Origin: the human T2T-CHM13v2.0 reference genome, Homo sapiens | Strand: one strand, 5' to 3' | Assembly (NCBI RefSeq): GCF_009914755.1 | Contig: NC_060942.1 | Length of the DNA: 64,000 bases | Made by a program: the position numbers and the translations under genes | Shown: positions 59,969 through 64,000 of the stretch, one piece after another | Layout of the letters: every line of letters begins with the position of its first letter | Position numbering within the stretch: position 1 is the first letter of the stretch | The notes under the pieces: model-generated | The model's database searches: none | The model's input: only the letters and a program-made list of their open reading frames with translations | Told to the model about the DNA's origin: nothing

Positions 59969-61793
59969 TGCATTAACTTCCTCATCTCTTTTCATCTTCC
60001 ATCTGTTCCTTCCCTTTTCTGTATTTTGCAGATTATTCAAAGCCAAAAGCCAACAGAGCCCCCATGGAGAAGTGGAGGATGCTCAGATACTGCTATGGAG
60101 CCCTGAGAAGTGAAATGGGTCCAAGCCCTTGCCCAGGATAGAGCGCTCCAAGCGCATCCTCCGGGGACCCTTTTAATCAGTGAATTGTTCACCTCTCACT
60201 GTTTCTTCCCAGCAGAGCTAAGAGACTTCTAGAGCCTCTTGTGGATGGTCAGCGATAGCCCTGGTATGACCAGGAGGTGGGGATTTCTGTTCTAGGTCCC
60301 TCAGCAAAGACTAAGCAGGACAAGCCTGGCTACTGTGTTAGGAGGAGCTGTAGGGAAAGGGAAGGACAAGATGGGCCACCACATGCCTGTGTCCACTGCT
60401 GGCCACACCCAGAGTGCTAGGGGTTTGTGGCAGTGACTGGGGCCACCTAGAGCAGTTCTAGGGTTCGTAGTCATTCTCTCTGAGTCATGGAAAACTGCCC
60501 AGGAGGCGAGTCCCACCTAAGAGAGTATGTGTAGCACTGGCACGGCCTGCTGCCTTGCAAATGACCACATTTCATGAAAGAAAGCCAGGGCCACAGACAG
60601 GAACCAAAGGAAATCAGTCACTTAGGGGAAGATAATGAATCCACAAAGTGAAAAAGGGAAAGAAAAAAAGAGGCAACTTCAACACTCCAACCCATGGGAG
60701 CAGAACGACTTTCAGCTTTCGCAGGGGGATAATCACTGCAAGTCCAGCTTGAAGAGGGTGATTTCAGGATCTACATGAGAATAAGGCGCAATTTTTTTTT
60801 TTTTCTGAAAAATACGGAAGGGTTCATTTACAGCTGTTAAAGATGGGCCGGTTTTAGGGCTAAAGCAAGACTCTGGTCAGATGTTAACAACTCAGTTATC
60901 CTGGGGAAAAAATAACTGGCTCCCAACCCTTTCCCTTTTCAGCATTTGCAGGAAAAGAAGGAGTAGGTAAAATGCTTTATTTCCTCTCATTCTCCATGGT
61001 GGGCAGGAGTTCACATAACAATTATAAACCATCTTTAACAGGAAAGCCAAGTAAATCCTGTAGGGATTTATTTGGAGCTCCCTTTTTGCTAGAAAATGAG
61101 TATCATGAACTAAAAATGGACTCGTTTCCTCTCTCTCCATCTTCCTCTCTTTCTTCTCTCCCCTCATCTCCCACCCACCGCCATGGTGGAAAATGACTGT
61201 GGTCAAGAAGATTGAACATTTGAGCAAGACCAGATGCCTTTATATCCAATAGATGCCACGGAGAGTAGATCACAACACATCTAACTGCTGTATCCCCATA
61301 TAAAATAATTTTAATTTTCCTAGACTGCAGAATTGATCACATTTACTGATGATGGATTGGGAAGTAGGTGAAGAGGTGAGAGTTGGAGAGTATCCATTCA
61401 TTCGGCCAGATTATTCTCATTTATAATGTAGTCTTCCAATAAGTATTTATTTCCAGAAATCTATTCCCTCTAGAGATTCTTTCTCTCTCAGCCATTTTAG
61501 AAAATTGTTGCAAACAGAGTTCCTGTCCATTTTCACAGGAAGTTTTTGCAGAAGGGGTTTGCTGGGTGGCAGTGGAACACAGGCAGTGGACCCCTCTACT
61601 ACTCTACTGTTCCAGAACACAGAAGCCTTTCATTGAGAGTGTTCAGCTCTTCCCATTGCTCAAGATGCTTGTACCCGTGATGCTTCTTTTCTCTGCTTAG
61701 GTCACAATATGTGGAGCTGACAAGGTTCCCCTATTATCAGTGACAATGGTGGAATGTGGAGGTGAAGTTAACACCTTCGTGGCTACAGAGTTT

Positions 61794-61878
61794 CCTTAGC
61801 AGAGCTGTGGAGTGTGACAATGGTGTTTGTGTCTAAACTATCAAACGCCATTATCACACTAAATAGCTACTGCTAGGC
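61794..61878 (+). ncRNA. MIR122: miR-122 stem-loop; 5p 61808-61829, 3p 61844-61865
   Basis: Exact TGGAGTGTGACAATGGTGTTTG and AACGCCATTATCACACTAAATA arms; apical UGUG at 61828-61831; CNNC (CTTC) at 61883-61886. Confidence 0.99.
61800..61872 (-). ncRNA. MIR3591: Antisense hairpin mir-122b (mir-3591)
   Basis: The reverse complement of the miR-122 hairpin also folds; 5p arm UUUAGUGUGAUAAUGGCGUUUGA maps to 61841-61863. Annotation recalled; expression not demonstrable from sequence. Confidence 0.7.
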
Positions 61879-61951
61879 AATCCTTCCCTCGATAAATGTC
61901 TTGGCATCGTTTGCTTTGAGCAAGAAGGTTCATCTGATATCAGTCTTCTCA

Positions 61952-62468
<517 letters not shown>

Positions 62469-63505
62469 TTAAAATGAATAGTTAGGGAAGTGTTAGACGC
62501 AGAAGGCTAAGACTGGGCTAAATCTATGTTATGCAGACAGACCGCAAGCTTATAGGTACAAAATTAAGGTGTGTGGGTCCTTCTCTTTTCGTCGTTAAAA
62601 AATCCAACTTTCTAATAAACTTACACATGGTTTCACTGATGTTTCAGAAATTCTAGAATATGTTTGATTTCTACTGATTTCAATCAATTACTAGGCTGAT
62701 TACTGAATTCGTACACTAGGCCTTTCTTCCTCTTGCATCAGTGAATTACCATCAGAAAATTGTTTATGAAGCATGTGTGAGCTGCCATAGCAAATCTGGG
62801 ACCCATGCAGTTTCTAGGACAGTTGGCCCAGCCAGGTGCTCTGGTTTGGAACCCATTCTGTCTCTGAGAGGTGTCTAAAGTCAGGAGTAGGTTTCGTTTG
62901 TGCCAGACTAAAGCTTCCCTCCCCAGGCTTGGTTAAATGAAGTAGGACATGTTTAATCAAATAGACAGGGTTAGATCAACCATCAGAAACAAATTCAACC
63001 ATTCAACCATTCACTTATGAAATAAATATGTGTAGAGACTACCGTGTGCCTGACACTGTCCTAGGCATTGAAGACACTTTTAAATTAAATGTGTCTGATG
63101 TTATTTCCAGAGATGGGCATTCACTGGCTCGCATTATATTTTGGGACCATTGTAATTGTTCCAAACGGGAGCCAAATGAGCAAAACTTTGCGAAATAATT
63201 CTGAGTCCCTTGCTGGAAAGCCTCACCTGAATGCAGCCCACACATTTATGATACACTACAAAGGCTTCAAGGTCATGAGATGCCTCTGTCCAAAGAAGAA
63301 GAAGAGCACCCCTGCCTGCCCTGCATCTCTTACCACCTCTCATTTCTTCCCTCCTGGCACCATCTACTGTCAAGAAGAGAATCAGACTCCCTGAAATAAT
63401 TGAGACACTGACATTCCTTTTTGTGTGTATTTTTTTGGCAAAGGCTCTAATTGAACAGGCATTAATAGAGGGCTCTACTGTTATACAGATCACGCTCATG
63501 CACAC

Positions 63506-63861
63506 TGTATTAGTCTGTGTTTTCATGCTGCTGACAAAGACATACCCGAGACTGGGAAGAAAAAGAGGTTTAATTGGACTTACAGTTCCACATGGCTAGG
63601 GAGACCTCAGAATCATGGCGGGAGATGAAAGGCACTTCTTACATGGCATCAGCAATAGAAAATGAGGAAAAAGCCAAAGTGGAAACCCCTGATAAACCCA
63701 TCAGATCTCGTGAGACTTATTCACTATCATGAGAATAGCAGGGGAAAGACTGACCCCCATGATTCAATTACCTTTCCCTGGGTCCCTCCCACAGCACGTG
63801 GGAATTCTGTGCGATACAATTGAAGCCGAGATCTGGATGGGGACTCAGCCAAACCATATCA
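63506..63861 (-). mobile_element. THE1-family (ERVL-MaLR) solo LTR
   Basis: TGTATTAGTC...CAGCCAAACCATATCA; flanks CACAC and CATGC are compatible with a decayed CACGC TSD. Confidence 0.92.
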
Positions 63862-64000
63862 CATGCCATTTCATTTGATCCATACAACATGGGGCAAAGA
63901 TGATCGGTTTGACAAACAGAGTCTAAAGGGTTCTGGAATCGTCTGGTCCTCCAGCCACAACTCAACATGGATCTCTTAAGTCTAAAGTTCTGTCCTGTAC

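Larger units (their letters stand above)
56988..61878 (+). ncRNA. MIR122HG: pri-miR-122 host lncRNA: exon 1 ~56988-57062, intron 57063-60031, exon 2 from 60032 through the hairpin (TSS inferred, 3' end open)
   Basis: Consensus donor GG|GTAAGT at 57063; branch-like CATTAAC 59971-59977; about 50 nt AG-free pyrimidine tract and CAG acceptor at 60029-60031. No credible ORF. Confidence 0.75.

Overview
Primate, almost certainly human, genomic DNA: it is Alu-rich and contains a near-consensus AluYa5. I recognise the locus from memory, not from a database search, as the NEDD4L-MIR122 interval (human 18q21.31). 1-12.3 kb holds the last three coding exons of NEDD4L (HECT C-lobe, catalytic Cys, stop at 7028) and a ~5.3 kb 3' UTR with several poly(A) signals. 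12.3-56 kb is intergenic and repeat-rich (Alu, L1, L2, MIR, THE1 LTR, Tigger3, MER5, MADE1, a large GGAT-type satellite), with several local direct and inverted duplications. 56.5-62 kb holds a liver-type promoter, the spliced pri-miR-122 host lncRNA, the pre-miR-122 hairpin and its antisense partner (mir-122b/MIR3591). Almost all ORF-track entries are spurious. I found no convincing wholly new gene system. The best leads are: degenerate miR-122 arm fragments just upstream of the hairpin; a perfectly self-complementary MADE1 with mirrored substitutions; an intron splitting the NEDD4L catalytic Cys codon next to a candidate intronic poly(A) site; a strand-specific UGCAUG array; and a cluster of templated local duplications. 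Repeat subfamily calls and repeat boundaries are by eye and approximate.
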